DNA of 57,541 bases from a virus (Duplodnaviria > Caudoviricetes): positions 1 to 57,541 of IMG/VR virus record IMGVR_UViG_3300025128_000038. One strand, 5' to 3'. The translations under genes and the position numbers were made by a program. Below are positions 8,797 to 18,149 of the stretch, piece after piece (the first letter of the stretch is position 1; each line of letters opens with the position of its first letter). The notes below the pieces were generated by a model. The model made no database searches. It worked only from the letters and a program-made list of their open reading frames with translations, and had not been told where the DNA came from.

Positions 8797-9441
8797 ATGG
8801 CCTATTTAAACCATAATATCCCACCATTTGGTGCCCAAATAAGAAATGAATACATGTATAATCATGAAAAGGGGCACGGAGAATTTACAGAGTGTGAAGT
8901 TCATTCTATAACTAGTATGCGAAGAAGAGCTGTTTTATTTGAAGCTATTCTAGATAATGGAGTTAACTGGACTAGAAGACCTATAACTGCGTTTTGTTGG
9001 AAAGAAGACGCACCCGTTAGACCAATTCATGAACACATGTATTGGGATTGTTTTTCACATTACCCAGATGTACAAGTTCGAGAACGATTAAAATTTATGA
9101 GAGCTGATTTATTAACAGTTGAAAGAGAATTATTAAGAGGAACATATATGTTTACTATCGACTGGGGACATGAAAATGCTGCAATGTTAGATACCGATTA
9201 TTCAGAAGATCCAGAACATAAATGTGCTCATATGTTTAAAATGGATGAAGGAAATTTCTTTGCATATCCTAACAATAGAATAGTCTGGGAAGATGATGCT
9301 TTTATTGGAGATCGATTAAAAATAAATCCAGGATATAAAATTGATCAAACTGTTTATACCATAGAAGATAAAAGAGAACATACAGAGACTGATGATTCTT
9401 ATCTTACTGAATTTATTAAAACAAGTATACAAAACCATTAG
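8797..9441 (+). CDS. conserved phage protein of unknown function
   Basis: WDCFS, YMFTIDW, EHKCAH, AYPNNRI motifs of a widespread marine phage family. Confidence 0.75.
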   Translation: MAYLNHNIPPFGAQIRNEYMYNHEKGHGEFTECEVHSITSMRRRAVLFEAILDNGVNWTRRPITAFCWKEDAPVRPIHEHMYWDCFSHYPDVQVRERLKFMRADLLTVERELLRGTYMFTIDWGHENAAMLDTDYSEDPEHKCAHMFKMDEGNFFAYPNNRIVWEDDAFIGDRLKINPGYKIDQTVYTIEDKREHTETDDSYLTEFIKTSIQNH

Positions 9442-9447
9442 CATTAG

Positions 9448-9476
9448 TTGACAAAGTAATTCAATAACATTATAAT
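9448..9476 (+). promoter_or_regulatory. sigma70 promoter
   Basis: Perfect TTGACA-17bp-TATAAT. Confidence 0.8.
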
Positions 9477-9500
9477 ACTTAAAAATCTTGGAGAATTACA

Positions 9501-9848
9501 ATGAATTTAGATGATATCAAAAGGTATTTTATTTATATACCTGTAGTAGCAGCATTACTATCTTCTATGTATTATGCTATTACAACTTTTAACCAAATGA
9601 CAAATGCTATAGAAAGTGCAGCTCGTGAGATTGAGATGATAAGAAAAGATCTCAGCTATTGGGATAACGAGATGACTCGAACCAAAGAAGACTTTACTAG
9701 AGAGATGACTAGAATAGCTACCGAACTTGCCGAAGGTACTGCATACATACAAGCTGCTAGAGAAAATGGTTATAAAATCGAAGACACCATTAGGCAAAAC
9801 ACATATGACATTAAGGAACTTACTAGACAATTAAACGGAGGCTGGTAA
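9501..9848 (+). CDS. membrane-anchored coiled-coil protein
   Basis: GGAG RBS; N-terminal TM plus coiled coil. Confidence 0.7.
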   Translation: MNLDDIKRYFIYIPVVAALLSSMYYAITTFNQMTNAIESAAREIEMIRKDLSYWDNEMTRTKEDFTREMTRIATELAEGTAYIQAARENGYKIEDTIRQNTYDIKELTRQLNGGW

Positions 9849-10321
9849 TGAAAGAAATTAAATTTTATTTAATTCTACTAGCTTTGGCTTTAGGCTATAT
9901 CTGGTCTAGTTCTACAACAGCAAAAGCTGCTAATGAATATTTAAATGATTATCCTACTCATTGTAGTAGGGGAAGTATTGAACCTTATGTAGATTATAGC
10001 TTAAGTAATTCTGAAAGCGGAAGCTACTATACAACTAATGATAGCTTAAATACTTTCATATATCCACAAGGAGAAAGAGACGAATACAGAGTGGGTTTAA
10101 GATTGAGGTGGGAATTAGGCTCTACTTGTAATGATACATTCAAAAGAACAATGAAAGACAATATGAAACTTAAACAAGAATTAGAACTTCTTAAGTTATG
10201 TGGTCGTTATAAAAATTTAGAATTAGGCCCAGAGTTTGCAACCGTTCGAGAGAAATGTAAAGATATTCAACCTAAACCTTCAGATATAGACATCAATACT
10301 CCACTTGACAATTCTGAATAA
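9848..10321 (+). CDS. putative exported protein
   Basis: Signal-peptide-like N-terminus ending AKA; four Cys; TAATG-coupled. Confidence 0.65.
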   Translation: MKEIKFYLILLALALGYIWSSSTTAKAANEYLNDYPTHCSRGSIEPYVDYSLSNSESGSYYTTNDSLNTFIYPQGERDEYRVGLRLRWELGSTCNDTFKRTMKDNMKLKQELELLKLCGRYKNLELGPEFATVREKCKDIQPKPSDIDINTPLDNSE

Positions 10322-10333
10322 TTTCTATATAAT
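10305..10333 (+). promoter_or_regulatory. sigma70 promoter for hsp20
   Basis: Perfect TTGACA-17bp-TATAAT. Confidence 0.8.
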
Positions 10334-10339
10334 TAAGCT

Positions 10340-10388
10340 ATAGCCGCCGAAAGGGGTTAGATTTAATTTTGCTTAAAAGGAGGAAATT
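10340..10388 (+). promoter_or_regulatory. ROSE-like RNA thermometer candidate in the hsp20 5' UTR
   Basis: 5' GAAA-tetraloop hairpin, then UUGCU able to pair with the SD AGGA(GG). Confidence 0.5.
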
Positions 10389-10802
10389 ATGATTAGATCA
10401 CTAATAGACTGGGAACCATATAGACCATTTACAGTTGGCTTTGATTCCCTGATGGACAGACTCACAACCATACAAATGGATGCACCGAGTTATCCACCAT
10501 ACAATATCAGAAAGATAGATGATTTTAAATATTCAATTGAAGTAGCATTAGCTGGCTTTGATAAAAAGAGTATTGATATAAGCTATGCTGATAATACACT
10601 TAAAATAAAATCCAAAAAACAAGATCAAGAAGAAAAAGATATAATGCATAAAGGTATCTCACAAAGAGCCTTTACAAGATCTTTTTGTCTTGCTGAAGAT
10701 GTAATTGTTAATGGAGCAGAATTTACTAATGGTATGCTATCTATTGAATTAGAGAAAATAGTACCAGAGGAAAAGAAACCTAAAACAATTAAAATTAAAT
10801 AA
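10389..10802 (+). CDS. hsp20: small heat shock protein (Hsp20/IbpA family)
   Basis: SYPPYNI, IEVALAGF, HKGISQRAFTRSF, NGMLSIELEKIVPEEKKPKTIKI. Confidence 0.95.
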   Translation: MIRSLIDWEPYRPFTVGFDSLMDRLTTIQMDAPSYPPYNIRKIDDFKYSIEVALAGFDKKSIDISYADNTLKIKSKKQDQEEKDIMHKGISQRAFTRSFCLAEDVIVNGAEFTNGMLSIELEKIVPEEKKPKTIKIK

Positions 10803-10836
10803 TAACAATCGTGCCCCCTCTTACAGGAGAAACACA

Positions 10837-11043
10837 ATGTCAGATGTAAATTCATATAAAGAAAAAATAGATAAAATACTTAATGATGCAATAGAAACTA
10901 ATAAGGAACAAATTATAGGCGGCGCAGCAGATGATTTTCCTACTTATAAATATTTGGTTGGAGTTGGTCAAACTTTAGCAGATATGAAATCAAGGTTTCA
11001 TGATGAGTATATTAAATTATTTAAAACAGGAGAAGGAGAATGA
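10837..11043 (+). CDS. hypothetical protein
   Basis: AGGAG RBS; YKYLVG motif; precedes GroES. Confidence 0.7.
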   Translation: MSDVNSYKEKIDKILNDAIETNKEQIIGGAADDFPTYKYLVGVGQTLADMKSRFHDEYIKLFKTGEGE

Positions 11044-11375
11044 TCATGCAATATGATGAAAATTTACCAATTCCCGCAGGTTTTAGAATATTATTAAAGC
11101 CTAGGGAAATACAAGAAAAAACAACAGGAGGTATTATACTTGCTGATACTACTAAAGAATGGCAGAAACATGCCACAAATATATCTAAAGTAGTATCTAT
11201 GGGGCCTGAATGTTACGAAGAAAAAGGAAAAAACTGGTGTAAAGTAGGTGACTGGGTGCTTACTGGAAAATATGTTGGTAGTAAATTTAAGTATGATAAT
11301 GAAGATTATACTATTATCAATGACGATGAAGTTATTGCAATAGTGCAAAAGCCTGAAAAAATATCATTAAAGTAA
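11040..11375 (+). CDS. groES: co-chaperonin GroES-like
   Basis: PAGFRILLKP, KTTGGIIL mobile loop, VVSMGP, KVGDWV, IINDDEVIA. Confidence 0.9.
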   Translation: MIMQYDENLPIPAGFRILLKPREIQEKTTGGIILADTTKEWQKHATNISKVVSMGPECYEEKGKNWCKVGDWVLTGKYVGSKFKYDNEDYTIINDDEVIAIVQKPEKISLK

Positions 11376-11384
11376 GAAATACAC

Positions 11385-11413
11385 TTGTATTGTTGTTAAA
11401 TATACTGTACAAT
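11385..11413 (+). promoter_or_regulatory. sigma70 promoter for the head operon
   Basis: TTGTAT-17bp-TACAAT. Confidence 0.6.
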
Positions 11414-11475
11414 TGTAACAAAGCCATAATGGCTTAACAGCGTTAAACGTGGGTCGCACCCAATGGAGGTCTGAT

Positions 11476-12492
11476 ATGATAGACGAAGGAATAAAAGATG
11501 AAGTCGAATCTACTGAAGAAATAGAAATAGACTTATCTGAAAATGAAGGAGATACTCCTGAAGAGCAGAAGGATACAACTGCTCCAGTCACGGAAGTAGA
11601 TTCTACTGAAGAAGAAGAAAAAGAATCAGCGGAACTTGAATCGGAAGAGTCAATTGAAACTGAATCTGAATCAGAAATTGAAGAAGATGATACTGAGGAT
11701 TCAAAGAAAGTATTCGGCAAGCGTGCTGAAAAACGGATAAAGCGCCTTGTTGCACAAAAGAAGGAACTTGAAGAAAAGTTACGAGCTGCAGAGCAAGATA
11801 AAGCTGGTTGGTTATCTCAAGCGCAAGAACTTGATGCTAAAAATAGAAGCAATGAGTTAAGTGCAATCAATAATTATATTGATAAATTAAGTAGCCAAGA
11901 AAAACAAGCCCTATCTGCTTTGAAGATTGCTAAAGAAAACGGTAACATTGATGATGAGATAAAAGCACAAGATGAGTTAGCTTCAGTGAAGGCTGAAACA
12001 TTAGTGGCTCAACAATATAAAGTTACGGCTGAGTCTCAAATAGAAAAACCAAAAGAACAATCTTCAAATAATTCTAAAGAAAAACCTAAGTCCACAAATC
12101 CTATAAATCCTTATGCGCCAACACCTGATAGAAAGGCTGTTGAATGGCAAAAGAGAAATAGATGGTTTGGGGGCAATGATACTTCTGATAGAATTATGAC
12201 TCAAGCAGCATTAGTTATTCATAAAGAGTTAACTGACGATGGTATTATTCCATCTAATGATTCCAATGAATATTATAATGAACTTGATGCTAGAATACGT
12301 ACAGAATTTCCTGAACGATTTAAGCAGAAGAATGTTAATAAGGTTCCGACAGTCGTAGGGGGATCACGTGCAAACCCTGGTAGTTCCAAGATTAAGCTAA
12401 GTAAAACGGAAGTTGAGATGGCTAATAGACTTGGAGTAGACCTAAAAGAATATGCACGCCAAAAACAACGCCAGTTAAAGGCGGGAGGATAA
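11476..12492 (+). CDS. capsid scaffolding protein (putative)
   Basis: GGAGG RBS before ATG 11476; acidic N-terminus, coiled coil, NRWFG motif, C-terminal ANRLGVDLKEYARQK; upstream of capsid. Confidence 0.75.
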   Translation: MIDEGIKDEVESTEEIEIDLSENEGDTPEEQKDTTAPVTEVDSTEEEEKESAELESEESIETESESEIEEDDTEDSKKVFGKRAEKRIKRLVAQKKELEEKLRAAEQDKAGWLSQAQELDAKNRSNELSAINNYIDKLSSQEKQALSALKIAKENGNIDDEIKAQDELASVKAETLVAQQYKVTAESQIEKPKEQSSNNSKEKPKSTNPINPYAPTPDRKAVEWQKRNRWFGGNDTSDRIMTQAALVIHKELTDDGIIPSNDSNEYYNELDARIRTEFPERFKQKNVNKVPTVVGGSRANPGSSKIKLSKTEVEMANRLGVDLKEYARQKQRQLKAGG

Positions 12493-12493
12493 T

Positions 12494-12961
12494 ATGACAA
12501 AAGCAACTCAAAGCAGTCGAAAAACACGGGCATCGACAACTCGTAAAAAAACTTGGACACCTCCTCAGAAGCTACAAACTCAAGAAGCTCCTGAAGGAAT
12601 GCATTATAGGTGGGTTAGACATGAATTGTTAAATCAACCTGATGATGCAAATGTTAACAGTAGAATCCGACAAGGATACGAACTTGTTAGACCAGAAGAA
12701 CTAGGGGACGGAGAAGTTCCTGATATTTTGGATACAGGTAAACACGCAGGTACAGTCCGCTCTGGGGATTTAATATTAATGAAAGTCCCACAAGAAATCG
12801 TAGATCAAAGAGCTACCTATTACAAAGAACAAAATCGAGTAATGGGACAAGCTTATTCTAATGAATTCAAACAGGCAGGACAAGGTGACATGCGAAGCGT
12901 AGACGAGTCATCAACTACAGTTAGCTCTGGTGGTGCAAGAGAAACTAAATTTGAAGACTAA
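12494..12961 (+). CDS. conserved head-region protein
   Basis: PEGMHYRWVR, GYELVRPEE, GDLILMK motifs. Confidence 0.7.
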   Translation: MTKATQSSRKTRASTTRKKTWTPPQKLQTQEAPEGMHYRWVRHELLNQPDDANVNSRIRQGYELVRPEELGDGEVPDILDTGKHAGTVRSGDLILMKVPQEIVDQRATYYKEQNRVMGQAYSNEFKQAGQGDMRSVDESSTTVSSGGARETKFED

Positions 12962-13034
12962 ATAATTAGACATATCTAGTTATCTAGTTTTCTTTTAATA
13001 ATAAACAATTTAATTTTCTAAAGGAGGAAATTAT

Positions 13035-13640
13035 ATGGCTGGATACGGTCTATCACCAATGCATCACGCAGCTGGCGGACAGAATCGAGTAAACAACTAC
13101 ACAGACATGAATGGTTACAGAATTGCTGCAACTGCTCCAAGTGCTTATTTCGAAGGCGACTTGGTTACTTACAGTTCAGGACTTCTTGTAACAGACATTG
13201 GCGCTGCATCTCCAGGTGCGGTTGTCGGAGTCTTCTGGGGAGCTGAATACGCGGATAATTCCACAGGTGATGTAAAGTTCGTTCGTAGTATCGCAAATGG
13301 TACTGTGGCGAGCGCACAATACAAGGCATATGTTTATGACGATCCGTTTACAATTTTTAAAATTCAATCGGATCAAGCAGGAACAGGCTTAACGGCAGCA
13401 AATTCAACTGGAAAGCTAGTACAAATCGTAGCTTCTCCAAGTGGTAATGCTTATACACATAAATCAGGAATGGTAGCTGATGCTTCTACAGTAGCAACTA
13501 CTAACACTTTCCCACTATCAGTTTATGGTAGTGCAGAAACTGATGGAAGTTATACTGCAACTGGTACTGTTATGGACATACTTGTTAAAATTAACTCACA
13601 CCAACACCTAAATGGCGCTACTGGCGTTACAGGTATATAA
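13035..13640 (+). CDS. capsid-associated (decoration/minor head) protein
   Basis: Strong RBS; G/A/T-rich; VGVFWG and VYDDP motifs; directly before the MCP. Confidence 0.65.
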   Translation: MAGYGLSPMHHAAGGQNRVNNYTDMNGYRIAATAPSAYFEGDLVTYSSGLLVTDIGAASPGAVVGVFWGAEYADNSTGDVKFVRSIANGTVASAQYKAYVYDDPFTIFKIQSDQAGTGLTAANSTGKLVQIVASPSGNAYTHKSGMVADASTVATTNTFPLSVYGSAETDGSYTATGTVMDILVKINSHQHLNGATGVTGI

Positions 13641-13660
13641 TATCTAGGAGGATATAAAAA

Positions 13661-14569
13661 ATGGCAATTACTAGAGGTCAAATCCTTAAAGAATTAGTAC
13701 CTGGCTTGAATGCAATTTTCGGAACTGAGTATGCTCGTTACGAAAATGAACATGCGGTACTGTTCGATGAGGAATCATCAAATAGAGCCTTTGAAGAAGA
13801 AGTTCTTTTCCCAGGATTCGGAGAAGCTTCAACTAAATTTGAAGGCCAAGCAGTAAACTACGGTAATACTGGTGAAGGGTATGTTTCTCGTTATACTAAT
13901 GAAACTGTCGCTATGGCATTCTCAATTACTGAGGAAGCTATGGAAGACAATTTGTATGACAAGTTATCTACTCGATTAACAAAAGCATTAGCACGTTCAA
14001 TGGCTTCTGCTAAACAAACTAAAGCTTCAAATGTATATAATAACGCATTTGATACAGACTACACAGGCGGCGATGGTCAACCATTAATCTCAAGCTCGCA
14101 CCCGCAAGCTTCTGGAACTAATGGATCTAACAGACCATCTTCTTATGCTGACTTGTCAGAAACATCTTTGGAAACTGGTTTGATTGATATCGCTGGTTTA
14201 ACTGACGATAAAGGTGTTCCAATCGCAGCTCAAGGTCGTACACTACATGTGCCAAGACAATTGGTTTTTGTAGCGGAAAGACTATTAGCATCTCCATATA
14301 GACCAGGATCATCAGACAATGATGTGAATGCAGTTAAATCAACTGGAATGCTACCAGGCGGATATTATGTGAATCATAGATTTACAGATGATGATGCTTG
14401 GTTCATTAGAACTGACGTTCCTAATGGTACAAAGATGTTCAACAGAGCATCTATTGCTACTAATATGGAAGGCGACTTTGAAACTGGAAACGTAAGATAC
14501 AAATCTAGAGAAAGATACAGCTTCGGCTGGTCTGACTGGAGAGGCGTATACGGTTCTGAAGGCGTATAA
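13661..14569 (+). CDS. major capsid protein (Mu gpT-like family)
   Basis: MAITRGQILKELVPGLNAIFG N-terminus; GDFETGNVRYKSRERYSFGWSDWRG C-terminus. Confidence 0.9.
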   Translation: MAITRGQILKELVPGLNAIFGTEYARYENEHAVLFDEESSNRAFEEEVLFPGFGEASTKFEGQAVNYGNTGEGYVSRYTNETVAMAFSITEEAMEDNLYDKLSTRLTKALARSMASAKQTKASNVYNNAFDTDYTGGDGQPLISSSHPQASGTNGSNRPSSYADLSETSLETGLIDIAGLTDDKGVPIAAQGRTLHVPRQLVFVAERLLASPYRPGSSDNDVNAVKSTGMLPGGYYVNHRFTDDDAWFIRTDVPNGTKMFNRASIATNMEGDFETGNVRYKSRERYSFGWSDWRGVYGSEGV

Positions 14570-14580
14570 TTAATTTAAGT

Positions 14581-14612
14581 AAGGGGGGCAGAAATGTCCC
14601 TCTTGCTTTTAT
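14581..14612 (+). terminator. intrinsic terminator after the MCP
   Basis: AAGGGGGGCA-GAAA-TGTCCCTCTT hairpin followed by GCTTTTATT. Confidence 0.75.
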
Positions 14613-14617
14613 TATAT

Positions 14618-14697
14618 CTTGGACTTAACAAATCTTATTGACTGACCAAGCAGACGTTATAGAGACAATAAGAAAATAACTTGGGACTATATTCCCA
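14618..14697 (+). ncRNA. structured element, candidate Mu-gpT-DE RNA motif
   Basis: Directly 3' of a Mu gpT-like gene; crossing stems CTTGG/CCAAG and TCTTATTG/CAATAAGA plus hairpin TGGGA/TCCCA. Confidence 0.5.
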
Positions 14698-14710
14698 GAA
14701 GGATTAACGA

Positions 14711-15295
14711 ATGGCAAATTCAACTTTTAACGGCCCAGTCAGATCTGAAGGTGGTTTTGAACAAATCAGCAAAGCGTCTGGAACTGGTACCGTAACAACT
14801 AACTTTGATATCGATTCAAGTGGTAACGTATCAGGTACTGGTACTATGAAAATGACTGGTGCTACCAATCTTCTAAAAGCTTATACTTCAATTACTGATG
14901 CTACATATACTGTAACAACAGCAATGTCAGGAACAACTTTTGGTTTTAACAGAGCAGCAGGAATCGTAGCAACTTTACCTACACCAGCAGCTGGTCTTAC
15001 TTATACTTTTCTTGTAGAAACTACTTTCACAGGAGCAGGACAAATTAAAACTGCTACAACTGATGGAACTGATGGTTTCTTAGGAACAGCTTTCTTGTTT
15101 GATACAGGACAGATTGGTGAAACTGATAACTTTCATCCAACATCATCTAACGATGTTATCGATTTAGGTGCGGTTGAACAAGGTTGGTTAACTGGTGGTT
15201 TCATTAGACTTACAGGAGTGAATACAACAACATGGTTTGTTGAAGCATTCTTGATGGGTGATGGAACACTAGCAACACCTTTTACTGATTCATAA
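14711..15295 (+). CDS. putative virion structural protein
   Basis: MANSTFNGPVRSEGGF N-terminus; T/G-rich; LPTPAAGLTYTF. Confidence 0.7.
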   Translation: MANSTFNGPVRSEGGFEQISKASGTGTVTTNFDIDSSGNVSGTGTMKMTGATNLLKAYTSITDATYTVTTAMSGTTFGFNRAAGIVATLPTPAAGLTYTFLVETTFTGAGQIKTATTDGTDGFLGTAFLFDTGQIGETDNFHPTSSNDVIDLGAVEQGWLTGGFIRLTGVNTTTWFVEAFLMGDGTLATPFTDS

Positions 15296-15313
15296 GAATC
15301 ATAATAACAATTA

Positions 15314-15341
15314 ATGGGGGCCTTCGGGCCCTCATATTTCT
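15314..15341 (+). terminator. hairpin terminator
   Basis: ATGGGGGCC-TTCG-GGCCCTCAT then ATTTCT. Confidence 0.65.
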
Positions 15342-15363
15342 TAATTAAGAAGGGGAAAACAAT

Positions 15364-15783
15364 ATGGCAGATACAGTAACAGGGCCAACTATATTACAAG
15401 AAAATGAAAAACGAGTTACTATTAAACTAGTAGTACAATCTGATGGTTCAGGAAGTACTACAGTATTTGGTGATCGATCAGCAAGGCCGTCATTACCAAA
15501 TGGAAAAACTTGTAAAACTTTAAGTATACAAAGAGTATGGTTTGCAACTGACAACTCTTCACCTGCATATGCTCGTTTAGATTATGAAGATGATGATGGA
15601 GATATTCCTATTCTCGGATTAGTTGGTACAGGCTATTGGGACTTTAGAGAATTTGGCGGACTTCCCGCAAACCAAACAGCAAATGATAACGAAGATGATA
15701 TTAATCTTGTAGTACCTAGCACAGCCGTTAATGGTAGTATGTTTACAGTTGTGATGGAATGCACTAAAACTTATACAGAATAA
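15364..15783 (+). CDS. putative virion protein
   Basis: GYWDFREFGG motif; structural region. Confidence 0.7.
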   Translation: MADTVTGPTILQENEKRVTIKLVVQSDGSGSTTVFGDRSARPSLPNGKTCKTLSIQRVWFATDNSSPAYARLDYEDDDGDIPILGLVGTGYWDFREFGGLPANQTANDNEDDINLVVPSTAVNGSMFTVVMECTKTYTE

Positions 15784-15784
15784 T

Positions 15785-15985
15785 ATGGGCGAACAAACAA
15801 ATAAGGAAGCAATTATTGAGATCAAAGGTGAACTTAAGTTAGTACATGAAAAAATTGATACAATAAAAGACAACCACTTGGCCCATATGCAAATAGATAT
15901 AGATAAACTTTCTAAATTTATTTGGGTTATTGGTGGCACAGTTTTTGCTCAAATGTGTTATTTGATTGTTCGTACCTTAATATAG
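15785..15985 (+). CDS. small coiled-coil/TM protein
   Basis: IKDNHLAHM motif then C-terminal TM. Confidence 0.65.
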   Translation: MGEQTNKEAIIEIKGELKLVHEKIDTIKDNHLAHMQIDIDKLSKFIWVIGGTVFAQMCYLIVRTLI

Positions 15986-15997
15986 GAAGGACAAAAC

Positions 15998-16759
15998 ATG
16001 GCCACATCAGGCACTAATACATTCAATCTAACGATTGATACTGTAATACAAGAAGCTTACGAAAGATTAGGAGTAAGCTCAAAGGGTGGCTATGACCTAA
16101 TTACAGCTAGACGTTCTTTGAATTTATTAATGGTAGAATGGATCAATGAAGGTGTAAATTTATTTACGCTTGATTTGATTGAACATACCATGACTAAGGA
16201 TCAAAACTATATTACATTTAGTTCTAATACATATTCAGATATTATGGATGCGGTTATATTAGATACTAATGCTGATCCAGATTCTGATACTCAAATAGAA
16301 CGTGTTAGTCTAGCAGACTATTTACAAATTCCAACAAAAACAACAAGCGGCAAACCTTCTCAATTTTCTGTTGAGCGTAATGCTCAATACACAAGTTCAG
16401 GAGTGGGCACACATAAAGTTTATTTATGGCCTGTTCCAGATCAAACATATTACAAATTAAAAGCATGGATGATTAAATATCCAGAAGATGTAGCATGGGC
16501 AGCTGCAGCTAGTGGCGATACAGCAGGTCAAGTTACTTCTCCATATATTAATTATAATCAACAAGTACAAATTCCGAAACGCATGTTACCTGCAATGATT
16601 AGTGGATTAACTTTAAAGTTAGCTCATAAACATCCAGGTACAGTAGATATTAACAGACGAAATGAATTAGCACAAGTTTATGCAGCTGATTGGGAAAAAG
16701 CTAAAGAAGAAGATAGAGAACGTGTAAGTTTCTTTGTACAACCAGCGGTATATTACTAA
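15998..16759 (+). CDS. head-tail adaptor protein
   Basis: MATSGT, EAYERLG, ARRSLNLL..EW.N.G, GKPSQF, LWPVPD motifs. Confidence 0.75.
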   Translation: MATSGTNTFNLTIDTVIQEAYERLGVSSKGGYDLITARRSLNLLMVEWINEGVNLFTLDLIEHTMTKDQNYITFSSNTYSDIMDAVILDTNADPDSDTQIERVSLADYLQIPTKTTSGKPSQFSVERNAQYTSSGVGTHKVYLWPVPDQTYYKLKAWMIKYPEDVAWAAAASGDTAGQVTSPYINYNQQVQIPKRMLPAMISGLTLKLAHKHPGTVDINRRNELAQVYAADWEKAKEEDRERVSFFVQPAVYY

Positions 16760-17448
16760 TGGCACGATACACTAGAGGAAAATATGCAGTAGCAATTGAT
16801 GACCGTTCTGGTTTTAAGGTTAAACATAAAGATCTTAGAAAAGAATGGAATGGTTACATGGTTCACAAAAATGATTGGGAATCAAAACAACCTCAATTAG
16901 ATCCATCTAAATATTTTAAAAAGACATTAAGTGATGTTGTACAAAATCCTCGTCCTGATAATTCTGATGATGAAACAATAGTAAGATTAGGTTCATTATA
17001 TCAAGGTTACTCTGGAGTAATGGCTGCCTATAATGGCACATTACACACAGGGCCAGACGGAACTATTGATGTTGTTGAAGTACCTCCAGGACAATCTGCA
17101 GGCACGTCTCTTGGCTCATTGGCATTTAGTTCTGCAGAAAATGTTGCAGGTATTGCAGCAGGTACTAGTTTAGGTACATTAGAACAAAACTTAGCAGATC
17201 AACCAGCAGGTATTGCTGCAGGAACAGCTCAAGGTTCATCTGGATTATTCTTTGGAGCAACAGAATTACCACCAGGTATAGCAACTGCAACTGCTTTAGG
17301 TACAGTAATTGTTAATGCTGCTGCATTACCAACTGGAATAGCGGCTGGTTCAGCTCAAGGTTCGGTAACTCCAGTAGTTAGTGGATGGTCTCAAGGTACT
17401 TGGGGTCAAGGAGCTTATGGTTATGGACAACAAGGAGGAGCATTATAA
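16759..17448 (+). CDS. virion protein with G/A/T-rich repeats
   Basis: GKYAVAIDDRSGF N-terminal domain; repeated GIAAGT(S/A)(L/Q)G; WG-repeat C-terminus. Confidence 0.7.
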   Translation: MARYTRGKYAVAIDDRSGFKVKHKDLRKEWNGYMVHKNDWESKQPQLDPSKYFKKTLSDVVQNPRPDNSDDETIVRLGSLYQGYSGVMAAYNGTLHTGPDGTIDVVEVPPGQSAGTSLGSLAFSSAENVAGIAAGTSLGTLEQNLADQPAGIAAGTAQGSSGLFFGATELPPGIATATALGTVIVNAAALPTGIAAGSAQGSVTPVVSGWSQGTWGQGAYGYGQQGGAL

Positions 17449-18149
17449 TGTTTACATATACAACTTTAGTACAAGCTATCCAAGATTGGATGGAAAACGA
17501 TGCGGCAGAATTTACTGCAGCGACAGGATCTGGTATAGCTCCTATTAATTTATGCATAGAATTAGCTGAACAGCGAATGTATAAGGAAATTGACTTTACT
17601 TCAGCTCAAAAAACAACTACAATGACATTAACAGCAAATACTAATATAGTAGCTGTACCACAGGATTTAGTCGTAGTTCGTTGGATGCAGGTACAAAAGG
17701 GTGATTGGATTTATGAAAAAGATGAATCTTTTATAAAAGAATATTGGAGAGGTGGGACATCTGCTACTCAAACTGACCAACCTTATTATTGGTCATTTAC
17801 TCATGATGGATCAGCTTATACTTCTTCTGATAGGCAAACAAATTTTATCTTTGCCCCCACTTCATCGGTTGACAAAACCATTGAAATTAGTTATAATATA
17901 AGACCAGCAGGGTTGTCTTCATCTAATGCAAATACGTATTTAGGTGATTATTGTGGAGATACGCTGTTATATGCTTGTTTAGTAGAAGCTGCTACATTTA
18001 TGAAAGCAGATCAAGAACTAGCCAAGTATCAACAATTATATCAGAGGTCAGCACAAGTACTAGCCACTGAGGAACAAGTAAGAATGAGAAATTCTACACT
18101 ACTACAAGGTGAACTTAACGAATTATCAAGAACAAGGGAAAATAGATAA
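17448..18149 (+). CDS. adaptor-like tail protein
   Basis: TAATG-coupled start at 17448; FAPT and LLYACLVEA motifs. Confidence 0.7.
   Translation: MFTYTTLVQAIQDWMENDAAEFTAATGSGIAPINLCIELAEQRMYKEIDFTSAQKTTTMTLTANTNIVAVPQDLVVVRWMQVQKGDWIYEKDESFIKEYWRGGTSATQTDQPYYWSFTHDGSAYTSSDRQTNFIFAPTSSVDKTIEISYNIRPAGLSSSNANTYLGDYCGDTLLYACLVEAATFMKADQELAKYQQLYQRSAQVLATEEQVRMRNSTLLQGELNELSRTRENR
17869..17897 (+). promoter_or_regulatory. intragenic sigma70 promoter
   Basis: Perfect TTGACA-17bp-TATAAT. Confidence 0.7.
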
